Shown here piece after piece: positions 17,906 to 27,361 of a stretch of 64,000 nt of DNA. How positions within the stretch are numbered: position 1 is the stretch's first letter; each line of letters begins with the position of its first letter. Source of the stretch: an uncultured virus (IMG/VR IMGVR_UViG_3300005680_000003) (lineage: Duplodnaviria > Heunggongvirae > Uroviricota > Caudoviricetes); IMG/VR virus record IMGVR_UViG_3300005680_000003, positions 1 through 64,000 of that record, one strand, 5' to 3'. Made by a program: the position numbers and the translations under genes. The notes below the pieces were generated by a model. That model saw only the letters and a program-made list of their open reading frames with translations, did not search any database and was not told the DNA's origin.

Positions 17906-19198
17906 ATGGCGCGCATCCGAGGTGACGGGTCGGTCTACCAGGACAAGGTGACCGGCCGTTGGCGTGCCGTCGTCCCGATCGGGACCGACGACACCGGCCG
18001 CCCAAAGCGGGTCTACCTGACCGCGGCAACAGCTGCCGACGTCGAACTCAAGCGCCGCAAGCTGATCCGCGCCCGCGACGCCGGAACGCTGCCCACCTCG
18101 GGTTCCCTCACCGTGCAGTCCTGGCTCACCATCTACCTCGACACCCTCGACCCGACCCGGGTCCGGCCTCGGACGGCGGCCGGCTACCGGGAGAAGATGC
18201 GCAACTACGTCGTCCCGGCGATCGGGAGAGTCCGCCTCGACCGGCTCCGCCCCGAGCACCTCGAGCGGGTCACGCAGGCGATGCGGGACAAGGGCCGGTC
18301 CCCCTCGACGATCGCGCACACCCACCGGGTCCTGCGCCGCGCATTGAAGATCGCTTACCGCAGGGGGCATCTGACCGCCGACATCACCACAATGGTCGAC
18401 GTCCCCTCAGCGCCGCCCCGCACAATCCAGCCGTTCACCAGGGCCGACGCCCGCAAGGTCCTCGTCGCGGCCGCCGGCACACGCCGCGAGTCCCGCTGGT
18501 CTGTCGCGTTCGCCGTCGGTCTGCGCCAGGGCGAGGCCTTGGCCCTGGCCTGGGACATGGTCGACCTCGACGCAGGCACCCTGCGCGTCGAGCGGGAGTT
18601 GGTGCGTCTGTTCGCCCGGCACGGCTGCGACCCCCGGCCCGGCGGGACCTGGTCGTGCAAGCAGAGCCGCCCCGGCCTGTGCCCCCGCCGGATCGGCACA
18701 TCCGGGCTGGTCCTGGACCGCCCGAAGTCCGAGGCATCCCGCCGCAACATCACCTTGCCCGCGACGCTGGTCGATGCGCTGCGCCGCAGACGCATCGAGC
18801 AGGACCGCGAACGGGTCGAGGAGGGTCGCCGCTGGAAGGGCTGGACCGTGCAGGACGTCGACGGGGCCACCCGCAGCATCGACCTTGTGTGGGGGCAGCG
18901 GTCAGGTGCCCCGGTCGACTCGCGTCGCGACTGGCAGGAATGGCGGGACCTGCTGGGGGCGGCCGGCGTCGACGCCCGCCGGCTGCACGACGCCCGGCAC
19001 ACCTGCGCGACGCTGCTCCTGGCCCAGGGGGTGCCGGCGCGGGTGGTGATGGATGTCCTCGGGCACGCCGCGATCGGGATGACGGTGCACTACACGAAGG
19101 TCGCGCCCGAGCTCGCTGTCGGCGCCGCGGAGCAGATGGACGATGCGCTGTGGGGGACGGACGACCTTGCCGCTCGCAGGCGTCAACGTGGGGTGTGA
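17906..19198 (+). CDS. int: Tyrosine integrase
   Basis: RGDGSVYQ arm-binding N-terminus; catalytic R (GLRQGE), K (PKS), HxxR (LHDARH), LGH and Y (VHYTKV). Confidence 0.96.
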   Translation: MARIRGDGSVYQDKVTGRWRAVVPIGTDDTGRPKRVYLTAATAADVELKRRKLIRARDAGTLPTSGSLTVQSWLTIYLDTLDPTRVRPRTAAGYREKMRNYVVPAIGRVRLDRLRPEHLERVTQAMRDKGRSPSTIAHTHRVLRRALKIAYRRGHLTADITTMVDVPSAPPRTIQPFTRADARKVLVAAAGTRRESRWSVAFAVGLRQGEALALAWDMVDLDAGTLRVERELVRLFARHGCDPRPGGTWSCKQSRPGLCPRRIGTSGLVLDRPKSEASRRNITLPATLVDALRRRRIEQDRERVEEGRRWKGWTVQDVDGATRSIDLVWGQRSGAPVDSRRDWQEWRDLLGAAGVDARRLHDARHTCATLLLAQGVPARVVMDVLGHAAIGMTVHYTKVAPELAVGAAEQMDDALWGTDDLAARRRQRGV

Positions 19199-19220
19199 CC
19201 TGGCACCCCGTTGGGGGGTC

Positions 19221-19517
19221 CTACTCGACGTGGATGTGCACGCCCGGCCCGATCTCCGTCACCCCGCGAGCCGCGACGGCAGCTGTCGCCGGCCGTAGGC
19301 CTGCGTTCACCAGCCGCGCCATCCGTTCGATCACCTCGACCTCGTCGGGGGCCCACACGCGGGCGTACCCCGACCCTGGTGTCGCCTCGCTCCGTCCGTC
19401 GGCCGGGTCAGGGGCCAGGCCCGATGGGGCGACCAAACCCTCGCGGGTCCACCAGTCCAACTGCCGGTAGGTGATTCCCGCCCGACCGCAGACCTGCGCC
19501 GACGTGAGCCCTGCCAC
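19221..19517 (-). CDS. MerR-like HTH protein (possible recombination directionality factor)
   Basis: LTSAQVCGRAGITYRQLDWWTREGLV.P...GSGYARVW; lies between int and attP. Confidence 0.75.
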   Translation of the reverse strand: MAGLTSAQVCGRAGITYRQLDWWTREGLVAPSGLAPDPADGRSEATPGSGYARVWAPDEVEVIERMARLVNAGLRPATAAVAARGVTEIGPGVHIHVE

Positions 19518-19680
19518 CGTGCGTCCCTTCCCCGAGACAGACGGTCGACCCGAGAGCGGACGGCGGTGGTGCCCAACGGGCTGGCACGGGGGGAAACCAG
19601 CCCTGCGCGAGAACCGAACGCTCCGGGTCGACCTGTCAACACGGTACGCCGCCACCATGCGTGCACAGTGGCGTGACCGG

Positions 19681-19928
19681 CTGGCAGCGGTTCTGGCAGC
19701 ACTTCGAACGCGCGTCTACGCGCCCGAGCGCGGTATCCGACCCGCCGTATGGCCTCTGACGTGCAGCGATGCATTCCCACGCATTCCCACGCAGCAACCG
19801 GTCACGGACTCATAATCCGTCGGTCGTGGGTTCGAGCCCCACCCGCCCCACCAGCCGCTGACCTGCAACGATACCCCCAGCGGCACCCTGGATCGGGAAC
19901 GGCCTGGCAGCGGTTCTGGCAGCACTTC
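19681..19928. other. attP region with arm-type direct repeats
   Basis: Perfect 25-bp repeat CTGGCAGCGGTTCTGGCAGCACTTC at 19681-19705 and 19904-19928 flanks the tRNA-derived core. Confidence 0.85.
19804..19853 (+). other. attP common core = 3' half of a tRNA with CAU anticodon (Ile2/Met type); not a full tRNA gene
   Basis: ACGGA-CTCATAA-TCCGT anticodon arm, GTGGG-TTCGAGC-CCCAC T-arm, CCGCCCCA-CCA end; no 5' acceptor strand or D-arm upstream. Confidence 0.9.
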
Positions 19929-20016
19929 CCCAAACCGGCCCCACCCGGGGAGGTACACAGTTCGGGGCCTCCGACGGATTCACAGCCACCCGTGACCGCT
20001 CGGCGTGTCGGACCAG

Positions 20017-20388
20017 CTACCGCCGCACCCGCCGCCCGTCCAGTCGTCGCCCTGCAGGGCCAGTGCTCTGCTCGCGCCGCACCCGCAGCGCCCGATCACG
20101 TGGCGACTCGGCGGGCCCAACCTCGCCGTCGCCTGCAGCGTTCAGGTTCCACGGGGACCGGGTGTCCGTCGCCGACCGCTGCCACTGCTCGTGCCGCTGC
20201 TGCTCCTCAAGCCGCCGCACCACCTCGGCCAGGTCGCTGAGCAGGCTACTCGCGGGGTGACTCCACATGCCGGCGATGGCAGCGCCCGCGCCGCTCATCT
20301 CCCGACCGACCAGCCGGACCGCCTCACTGAACCGCGCCATCGCATCGCCCGGGTCCGGGCCCGCCTCGACCGGCTGCTGCTCGGTCAC
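20017..20388 (-). CDS. Hypothetical protein
   Basis: GTG start coupled to upstream stop; last gene of the accessory operon. Confidence 0.55.
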   Translation of the reverse strand: MTEQQPVEAGPDPGDAMARFSEAVRLVGREMSGAGAAIAGMWSHPASSLLSDLAEVVRRLEEQQRHEQWQRSATDTRSPWNLNAAGDGEVGPAESPRDRALRVRREQSTGPAGRRLDGRRVRR

Positions 20389-20666
20389 GACTCCTGCACC
20401 TGGACCAGCCCGGACGCAGCGATCAGGGCAAGCACGCGGTCCTGGTCGACCCGGCACACCTCGCACCCCTGCGGGTTCTCCACGATCACCTCAACGGCCG
20501 CCGTGAACGCCTCGCTGTCCCGGTACGCCAGGACCCGCCACTGGTGGCACCCACCCCGGCTCAGGATGCCGCGCAGGACCTCGGCGTGGTGGCGGGACGG
20601 GGACGTCGCGCAGGCGTGCCCGCAGCCGCGGTGCACCACCCCGTACTGCTTGCGGACCAGTCTCAT
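20385..20666 (-). CDS. Hypothetical Cys/His-containing protein
   Basis: Coupled overlaps on both sides. Confidence 0.55.
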   Translation of the reverse strand: MRLVRKQYGVVHRGCGHACATSPSRHHAEVLRGILSRGGCHQWRVLAYRDSEAFTAAVEVIVENPQGCEVCRVDQDRVLALIAASGLVQVQES

Positions 20667-22423
20667 CGGGGCCCCATCAACAGGGCGTCAGCGGCCTGGA
20701 CCCTCGACCCGGTCACCTCGACGAGGCCGTTGCGACGCAACGTCCCCAGGTACGTCGTGAAGGTCCCGCCGGTCGCGGTCATCTCGACGGCCGCGGCCAA
20801 CGCCTCCCGCTCCACCTGCTCAGGGTAGGCGTCGACCAGGACGTCGAGCATCCGCCGCGCGCCGGCCTTGAGCGCACCCCGCCACATGTCCAGGACCTGC
20901 TCAGTGCTCAACGGTTCCGCCGGGACCACCCCGACGAAGTCCAACCCGGCAGGAGTGATCCCGACGTCGCCGCCGGACTCCTCGACGTAACCTGCCCGCT
21001 TGAGGACCCCCCAATACGTCGTGAACGTCCCCCCGGTGACCTTGAACTTGGCGAGGGTGCCCAGCTGCGCCCGGGTCATCCGGGTCGGGTGGTGCCGCGC
21101 AAGCGTCTCGAGGATGCGGCGGGCGCCGGCCTTCACCACCGGGCCGTCACCGGCTGGGGCAGGCGCTGCAGCCGGCGGCCGGGCAGGTGACGGAACCCGC
21201 GGCAACGCCTCGACCCTTCCCCGCTGCCGAGGCCGCGCTCGCTCCCCCGCCTCGGTCACCTCAGCCTGCAGCCGGTCCAGCGGCGCGAGCAGTTGAGCGA
21301 TCGCCGCGATCGCCGCGCCGAGCGAGGCCTCGATCTGCTCCTGCATCTGCCCCAACCCGGTCTGCAACGCGATCCCGGCCTCCCGCACCGCCGCCGCGGC
21401 CGCGGCGTCCAGCACCGGTACCTCGACCCGCTCCACAACCGGAACAGCCCGCGCGGCAGCGGCCTCGAGCTCAGCGACCCGTGCCCGCAACGCCTTCGGG
21501 TCCGCTGCCTTCGCGGCCTCCACCGACGCCCGGATCTGCTCCCCCAGCTTGTCGAGGTCGACCTGCGTCATCCGCGACGGCACAGCCCGGAACTGCCCCG
21601 GGACCGGCGTCGCCGAGGAGTCGAACGTGCGGGCCTGCCGGACCATCACCCGGTGCAGTCCTCCGAGGAGGTACGGCCCCCACAGCCACACCTCACCGGT
21701 CGCCAGGGTCGGCAACGACGCACGCATCACGGCGGCGTCCTCGACGTCCCCGTGAGCCTGCACCCACGCGTCGATCGCTTGGATGTCGGGCCGGCCCCCG
21801 GTCCGCATCACCGCGAGCACCGACACCTGCGTCAGGACGTCCTTCGCGATGACCGCCGGCCGCTGCGACACGAGCAGCGTGCCCAGGCCTCGACCCCGAC
21901 CCCGCCGCACGAGGGTGTCGACCGCGCCGTAGCACCGCTCCCCACCCTTCGGGATTCGCTGGTGGATGAACGCGTCTGCCTCGTCGATGACGACCAGGAG
22001 CGGGGTCTGCCGGTCCCGGGTCCGCTTGCGCCAGTACAGGCGTTCGAGGAAGTCCCCGACGAACCTGCGTGCCCCGGCCTTCGACAGGTCGGACAGGTCC
22101 AGGATCACTGACCCGTTGTGGTCGACGACGACGTCAGCGATCAACGCGCCCACGGTCTCCTGCAGCGGAACGTCGGCGTGCTCACCGCCGAACACGACCA
22201 CCGGGTACCCTTCGCCGCCACCATCAGCGCTGGACCGCAGCCCCCACCAGTCGCCCTTCGGGTCGATCGTGACCAGCTGCTGCCCGGCCGCGAGGACCTC
22301 CTCAGCGATCACCCGCGCGGCATAGGACTTCCCGGCCCCGCGTCTCGCCAAGATCGCGGACGCTTCCACGATGAACTCCTCGGGCAGGGCGTACCCGCCT
22401 GTGCCGACCCGCAGCCCGCTCAC
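20663..22423 (-). CDS. HerA/FtsK-superfamily (DUF87-like) ATPase with two C-terminal winged-helix repeats
   Basis: ARRGAGKSY Walker A, IDPKGDWWGL, VVIDEADAF Walker B, RRGRGRGLG.LLVSQRPA; duplicated KAGARR.L..L...TGGTFTTY.G.L.R.G.VE. Confidence 0.85.
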   Translation of the reverse strand: MSGLRVGTGGYALPEEFIVEASAILARRGAGKSYAARVIAEEVLAAGQQLVTIDPKGDWWGLRSSADGGGEGYPVVVFGGEHADVPLQETVGALIADVVVDHNGSVILDLSDLSKAGARRFVGDFLERLYWRKRTRDRQTPLLVVIDEADAFIHQRIPKGGERCYGAVDTLVRRGRGRGLGTLLVSQRPAVIAKDVLTQVSVLAVMRTGGRPDIQAIDAWVQAHGDVEDAAVMRASLPTLATGEVWLWGPYLLGGLHRVMVRQARTFDSSATPVPGQFRAVPSRMTQVDLDKLGEQIRASVEAAKAADPKALRARVAELEAAAARAVPVVERVEVPVLDAAAAAAVREAGIALQTGLGQMQEQIEASLGAAIAAIAQLLAPLDRLQAEVTEAGERARPRQRGRVEALPRVPSPARPPAAAPAPAGDGPVVKAGARRILETLARHHPTRMTRAQLGTLAKFKVTGGTFTTYWGVLKRAGYVEESGGDVGITPAGLDFVGVVPAEPLSTEQVLDMWRGALKAGARRMLDVLVDAYPEQVEREALAAAVEMTATGGTFTTYLGTLRRNGLVEVTGSRVQAADALLMGPR

Positions 22424-23223
22424 GCGGGGGCCTCGAGCACGACCAGGGTCGTCAGGACCGCCGTACCGGACGGCGTGAACGCGTCATCCGGCAACGACTC
22501 GAGGGACCCGTGCCGGTCGGCGAGGTCCCGGACCCGGTCGATGACGGTGTGCCGGCGGGACTCGACCGACCGCGGGACCACCGCAACGAGCCGACCACCG
22601 GGCGCCACCATCGGGAACGCGAGCAGGACATGCTCGGCCCACGCCACAGGGCGGCCCGGCAACGTGAACGGAGGGTTCATCAGGACCGCCGCGGACTGTG
22701 CCCCGTCGTGGGCTGCGGCGAACTCCTCGAACCGGCACTGGTGGACGTTCCCGAAACCCTTGCCCCTCAACGCCTCCGCGCGGGTCGGGTCCGGTTCGAC
22801 GCACAACACACCCACCCGCGGCGCGACGTCCCGGATCACCTCAGCGAGGGCGCCGTCCCCCGCGGACGGTTCCAGCACCTGCGATCCCGGCGCGAGGGCC
22901 CCGACGTTGGCCCACTCGCACATCTCCGCAGCGACGTCCCGTGGCGTCGGCCAGAACGACATCAGCTTGTCGGCGTCCGCCGGCATCAGGCCCGTGTCGA
23001 CCACGGTCGCCAGGTCGTCGGCCGGGTCCTGCGGGAAGACATGCGCCTTGGCCTTCCGGTTCCAACGACCGCCCAGCCGCTCCAACGCCTTGTTCACCTC
23101 GACGTACACCGCCCGGTCCAACTGGTCAGGCAGCACCAGGCGGGTGTCGTCGACGACCGCGCGGGCCAACGCCGCCCGAGCACCGTCGGACAGGGGGCGC
23201 GCAGTGAGAGTCATGTCAGCCAT
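22420..23223 (-). CDS. SAM-dependent amino (N6A/N4C) DNA methyltransferase
   Basis: FWPTP, VLEPSAGDGAL (motif I), LMNPPF (motif IV), PGGRLVAVVP. Confidence 0.85.
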   Translation of the reverse strand: MADMTLTARPLSDGARAALARAVVDDTRLVLPDQLDRAVYVEVNKALERLGGRWNRKAKAHVFPQDPADDLATVVDTGLMPADADKLMSFWPTPRDVAAEMCEWANVGALAPGSQVLEPSAGDGALAEVIRDVAPRVGVLCVEPDPTRAEALRGKGFGNVHQCRFEEFAAAHDGAQSAAVLMNPPFTLPGRPVAWAEHVLLAFPMVAPGGRLVAVVPRSVESRRHTVIDRVRDLADRHGSLESLPDDAFTPSGTAVLTTLVVLEAPA

Positions 23224-23253
23224 GGTTCGTGGATCTCCTTGTATCGGAAGGGG

Positions 23254-24156
23254 TTACACGGTCACAGCAGCAGGCGTCGCGAGGAACTGCCAAGGCAACA
23301 CCTCGGGCACCACCTGCCCAGCAGGGCACACTCCCCGGAACGGGCACGACCCGCACAGCGGGGACGGCCGGGTCGGGAACATCTCGTCACGGATCTGCTC
23401 GACCTCCTCGACAGGGCGCCCGACGACCGTGTCCGCGGTCGCCGCTGCCGTAGCCTCGATCTCTGCGGCGACGTCCCGCAGCCGCTCGATCTGCCGGTAC
23501 AGCCGGGGCCCGTCGTAGTCGACGCCCGCGACCGTCTGGGTCGGCAGGTGGTGGAGCTCGGCCCGCGCGCACCGCTGCCGCAGCGTCCGGCCGGCGGCCA
23601 GGACGTACACCGCAAGGGCCCAGGACCCGCCGGCATCGGACTCCCGAGGCAGCCGCTTGCCCGTCTTGTAGTCGACGACGACCAGCTGCCCGCCACGGTC
23701 CTCGACCAGGTCAACGCGGCCCTCCACGATCAGGGCCTGCGGCCACGGGACCTCGGTGTGGGCTGTGACGAACGGGTCGCCCGGGGTCAGGTGCGCTGCG
23801 ACGGACCGCTCCACCCCGACCGGCCGCGCACCGGCGAGCACCTGCTCGGTGTAGGCCTCCACCCACCCCGACGCATACCCGAGCCACTCACCGGCGTGCG
23901 CGTCGTCCCGGTACCCCTGCAGTTGCCACACCTCGACCAGGTGCGCGACCGCGAGGGACGGGGTCCGCTTCGCCGGCTCCTCGGCCAGCCACGCCGCCAA
24001 CGCCGCATGAACCGAGTTGCCGAGCGACTGGTGCGCCCACGGCCCGCCCGTCCGGGGTGGCGCAGGCCGGTCGAGGTAGGTGTGCCGGTACCGGCGGGGG
24101 CACTCCGTCCACGTACCCGCCTTCGCCGGGGTGATCTTCAACGCTCGGGTACTCAT
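23254..24156 (-). CDS. RecB-family/Cas4-like PD-(D/E)XK exonuclease
   Basis: CPRRY, LGNSVHAAL, EGRVDLV, VVDYKTG, C-terminal C..C.F...C. Confidence 0.88.
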   Translation of the reverse strand: MSTRALKITPAKAGTWTECPRRYRHTYLDRPAPPRTGGPWAHQSLGNSVHAALAAWLAEEPAKRTPSLAVAHLVEVWQLQGYRDDAHAGEWLGYASGWVEAYTEQVLAGARPVGVERSVAAHLTPGDPFVTAHTEVPWPQALIVEGRVDLVEDRGGQLVVVDYKTGKRLPRESDAGGSWALAVYVLAAGRTLRQRCARAELHHLPTQTVAGVDYDGPRLYRQIERLRDVAAEIEATAAATADTVVGRPVEEVEQIRDEMFPTRPSPLCGSCPFRGVCPAGQVVPEVLPWQFLATPAAVTV

Positions 24157-24503
24157 CGGACCACCCGGCACCGGTCGCATTCCCAGCCATGAGGCGTCTG
24201 GGTACAGGTCCGGCGCTCAACACACAACCAGCAGATCTGCCCCCGCCGACGCACCTCGACAACGACGGATCGTCTGCTGGTCAGCACCTCGACGACGGAT
24301 GCGTCCCGCTCCGCGATCTGCTCGGCCGTCAAGGGCAACGCCGACGGGTCATGAGCCAGGTACTCCCCGAACTGCTCGATGCAGTCGGTGCACGGTTCAC
24401 CGGGCGAGGAGACACTGTTCTGACACCCGGGCAGGACGCAGCACGGCAGATCGAACGCCAGTTGAGCACCGACTGCGCGACCGCGCGCGCACGGCGCGGT
24501 CAC
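24153..24503 (-). CDS. Cys-rich hypothetical protein
   Basis: CVLPGC...PC.DC; CWLC.ERRTC...WEC..C. Confidence 0.6.
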   Translation of the reverse strand: MTAPCARGRAVGAQLAFDLPCCVLPGCQNSVSSPGEPCTDCIEQFGEYLAHDPSALPLTAEQIAERDASVVEVLTSRRSVVVEVRRRGQICWLCVERRTCTQTPHGWECDRCRVVR

Positions 24504-25519
24504 CGGAGGACCACCCTCGAGGACTGCTCCCACACCCGACCGTCCAGGACGTTCCCGGCCGCCCTCTTCCCAACCCTGCGCATCAGCTCTGCACCCGCAG
24601 CCACGCTCCCTGCGCAGCCTTCGGCCACCTCGGTCACGCCGCCGTCCCGGCTCAGCCACACATCAGCCGCGCGGGCATCGTTGGACGCGACCGGTGCCCA
24701 CTCACCCCACTGCTTGAAGAAGTAGGGGACGTCAGCAGCGACGCACTGATCCCGCAGGTCGCGGGCCCACCGCGGGTGCATCGGTCGAGCACCTGGCCCT
24801 GACTCGCCACCCACCACCACCCACGACAGCAACCCACACCTCTGTGAGCACCAGTGGTACGGGGTGTCGACGCCGCAGACCAGGTGATCCGGGTCGATCG
24901 TGACCGGCCCCAGCAGCGGTTCAGCGGAGATCCACCGAACGAAGGCCGGGGTGGCGCTCAACGCCGGGATCCGCAACGCAGCCGTGGCCTGGTCCTCGAC
25001 GCTGACCCCGAGGTGCAGGTTCGGCAGCGGCCACCCGGGCCAGTTCCCCGCCGTCGAGTGGTGCCAACCTGGGCTCTCCCACAGCCGTCCCGCCGCACGG
25101 GTGACCTGTGCCACGAAATGCTCCGACGACAGCAGCGACCGCATCCGCCCGTGCCGTTTCGTCAACACCTGAAACGTGTGCCGCGACGAGATCGCCGCGA
25201 CTGCCAGCACCTCAGCGATGAACTCGTCGGGGACCTTGGCGTGGAACAGGTCGGACTGCGCGTTGACGAAGATCCGCCGGGGCCGGCGCCACCGTAGCGG
25301 CAGATGCAGGCGGTCCTCGACCAGGTTGACCTGTCCGGTCCACTCCATGTCCCGTTCGGTGCCGGCGTAGGCGTCGGCCACCTTCGGGTTCGGGTTGGCC
25401 TGCATCCGGTGCGCGGTCCGGATCGCGTAGCAGCGGTCGCACCCGGGACTGACCTTGTCGCAGCCGATGACGACGTTGAGCGTTGCGTCCGTCCATCCGA
25501 TCTTGCTTCCGTCGCTCAC
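24500..25519 (-). CDS. DUF5131 (phage Gp37/Gp68) family protein
   Basis: SKIGWTDAT.N...GCDKVSPGCDRCYA, RRIFVNAQSDLFH, FQVLTKR, LGVSVEDQ, SAEPLLGP, WVVVGGESGPGARPMHP.W, FFKQWG. Confidence 0.93.
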   Translation of the reverse strand: MSDGSKIGWTDATLNVVIGCDKVSPGCDRCYAIRTAHRMQANPNPKVADAYAGTERDMEWTGQVNLVEDRLHLPLRWRRPRRIFVNAQSDLFHAKVPDEFIAEVLAVAAISSRHTFQVLTKRHGRMRSLLSSEHFVAQVTRAAGRLWESPGWHHSTAGNWPGWPLPNLHLGVSVEDQATAALRIPALSATPAFVRWISAEPLLGPVTIDPDHLVCGVDTPYHWCSQRCGLLSWVVVGGESGPGARPMHPRWARDLRDQCVAADVPYFFKQWGEWAPVASNDARAADVWLSRDGGVTEVAEGCAGSVAAGAELMRRVGKRAAGNVLDGRVWEQSSRVVLR

Positions 25520-25659
25520 GGCTCCTCCTTGATCGGTCGTGGGGTCGGGCCGAGGCACACGGCGTCGTGGGATGTGTTCCACTCGGCCATCTCCTGCACG
25601 CTGGCCGTGACCAGCCGAGCCCCACACCTGGTGCAGGTGATCGTGATCCGCGGCGCCAT
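25516..25659 (-). CDS. Small hypothetical protein
   Basis: MAPRITITCTRCG...; fills the gap with coupled overlaps. Confidence 0.5.
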   Translation of the reverse strand: MAPRITITCTRCGARLVTASVQEMAEWNTSHDAVCLGPTPRPIKEEP

Positions 25660-26156
25660 CACTGCACCGCCTCGGCGGCGGCCTTGCGTGCCTCCTGGAC
25701 CTCGCGCACGCCGAGCGCCTCACGCGACCTGGTGTCCGTCGCGTGGTCCAGGCACAACCGGTACCGGACCGGCGTGTCCCTGCCGTTGAACTCCGACCCC
25801 GGGAACGCAACCCACGACACGTGCAGGTCTCCTGGACGGATGGCCCTGTGGCAGCCGTCGACGTAGCAGCGCCAACCCCTGCGCGCGGTGACCGCTTTAA
25901 CCCGCTGGCTGCTTCCCCCCAGCAGTGCCCACCGCCTCGCGGCACCAGACCCTAGGGACTGGTCCAGAGCATCGAAGCTCGTCGGGTAGGCCCCGGCCAG
26001 GAACCGGAACATGCCAGCCCCGTTGTCTGCGAAGTCGCACTGCGCCCGGGACAGGGAGAACGCCAATCGGTAGATGTCGTGGCCGCCGGTGACAGTGAAC
26101 GTGACCACCGGGTCGCCGTGCTCGCTCGCACCGTAGGTGACCTTGGTGCCCATCAC
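25659..26156 (-). CDS. Hypothetical protein
   Basis: C-terminal ARRGWRC..C...I.PGD zinc-ribbon-like segment. Confidence 0.6.
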   Translation of the reverse strand: MMGTKVTYGASEHGDPVVTFTVTGGHDIYRLAFSLSRAQCDFADNGAGMFRFLAGAYPTSFDALDQSLGSGAARRWALLGGSSQRVKAVTARRGWRCYVDGCHRAIRPGDLHVSWVAFPGSEFNGRDTPVRYRLCLDHATDTRSREALGVREVQEARKAAAEAVQ

Positions 26157-26479
26157 CGCATCACCTCGGCGAGGCGCTGAGGGCCGAGCAGGAGTCGCGC
26201 GAGCTCGGCTGGGAGATCAGCGATCGGTTGGGCCCCGGACAACGAGCCAGTGTGATCCGAGAACAACGCGATCTTGCGGCCTGCCCTGGCCCCGTCGCGC
26301 TTCCGGATCAGGGTGCCCTCGACGGCGACGCGGTAGATGCCGCGTTCGGTGACGGTCTCCCTGATCTCGACAGGGTCGATGACGTGCACCCCACCTCGCG
26401 GCGCCGCGGCACGGATGGTCGGCCAGGCGCCGACGTTCCCCCAGCCGAGTGAAACCATCCGAGTCACCATGACGTTCAT
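26153..26479 (-). CDS. Hypothetical protein
   Basis: ATG at 26479; coupled. Confidence 0.55.
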   Translation of the reverse strand: MNVMVTRMVSLGWGNVGAWPTIRAAAPRGGVHVIDPVEIRETVTERGIYRVAVEGTLIRKRDGARAGRKIALFSDHTGSLSGAQPIADLPAELARLLLGPQRLAEVMR

Positions 26480-26697
26480 GCCCTCACGTCCTGCTCTATG
26501 TGCCCCGGCGGGTTCGATGGCGGGCGCACCACCTGCGCTGCGGAGAACCCGACTCCGCTGCGGCCGTTGTCCCGCTCGTCCGCCGGTAGACACCGGTGGT
26601 GCGAACGCCAGTCAGCGACAACGGTTCTGACGTGGTCCCGGTCGTCGTCCTCGACCTCGACGGTCGACCCGCACCGGCACGACTGGTTGTGCTTCAT
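26476..26697 (-). CDS. Small hypothetical protein
   Basis: CRCG...W..HHRC. Confidence 0.55.
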   Translation of the reverse strand: MKHNQSCRCGSTVEVEDDDRDHVRTVVADWRSHHRCLPADERDNGRSGVGFSAAQVVRPPSNPPGHIEQDVRA

Positions 26698-26888
26698 GAC
26701 CGGTTCCCCCTTCCGGTCAGTGGCTCGAGGTCACCGGGCGAGGTGGCCTTGGAGGCGGCGTCCCCCGCGTACCGGACGAACACCAACCGGTCTCCGACAG
26801 ACGTGATGACACCGTCCTCGCGGGGGCCGTGGCCGGGGGTATAGACCACGCCGCAGCCGACCAGGGCCCGGGCCTCGTCGAGGGTCAC
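26694..26888 (-). CDS. Small SH3-like phage protein
   Basis: VG..VVY.P.HG..EDGVITSV....VFVRY.G....KAT.P.DL. Confidence 0.6.
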   Translation of the reverse strand: MTLDEARALVGCGVVYTPGHGPREDGVITSVGDRLVFVRYAGDAASKATSPGDLEPLTGRGNRS

Positions 26889-27355
26889 GGGGTGGTCACT
26901 CCCTCGGCGGGCCGCGACGAACGGGCCTCGGCGAGCACGGCCCGGTACATGTCGAGGTGCCCGCACGGGTTGACCCACCGGTCCACGGAGAAGTAATCGC
27001 CGTCGTCGCACTCCCACGACGACTGCGGGACACCGCGAGGCCCACCGCAGACCTGGCACAGGTCGGAGATCGTGACGGTGCGGATGATGGGTCCTCCACG
27101 GCCGCTGCCCCACGCGGCTGCCTCAGCGTCGCTGTCCCGGACCCGAACGACCATCGTGCCGGCCAGGACCCTCCGCTTGAAGGTGTAGTTGCTGGCCGGG
27201 AACGGGCCGATCGAGCCGGTGCCGGCGCCCTTGAGCCAGACTTGACCGGCCTGTACCCGGAGCACCGGACGGGCGTCCAACGTGCCGCTGATGTGCTCGG
27301 CGAGGTCGCCGACCTCGGGTTCGGCGACGTCCTCGAACCTGGTTCTGTGTGGCAT
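26885..27355 (-). CDS. Hypothetical protein
   Basis: C..CGGPRG...VDRW.NPCGH.D.Y motif. Confidence 0.6.
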   Translation of the reverse strand: MPHRTRFEDVAEPEVGDLAEHISGTLDARPVLRVQAGQVWLKGAGTGSIGPFPASNYTFKRRVLAGTMVVRVRDSDAEAAAWGSGRGGPIIRTVTISDLCQVCGGPRGVPQSSWECDDGDYFSVDRWVNPCGHLDMYRAVLAEARSSRPAEGVTTP

Positions 27356-27361
27356 CGGGGT

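Noticed and set aside
17959..19470. 503-aa alternative-frame ORF overlapping the integrase
   Set aside because: Arg/Pro-rich off-frame translation with no motifs; the int frame has all catalytic residues
19804..19853. Functional phage tRNA gene
   Set aside because: Only the anticodon arm through CCA is present; upstream sequence cannot form an acceptor 5' strand or D-arm, so it is treated as the attP core
23254..24156. CRISPR-Cas locus suggested by the Cas4-like nuclease
   Set aside because: No repeat-spacer array or other cas genes; stand-alone nucleases of this type are common in phages
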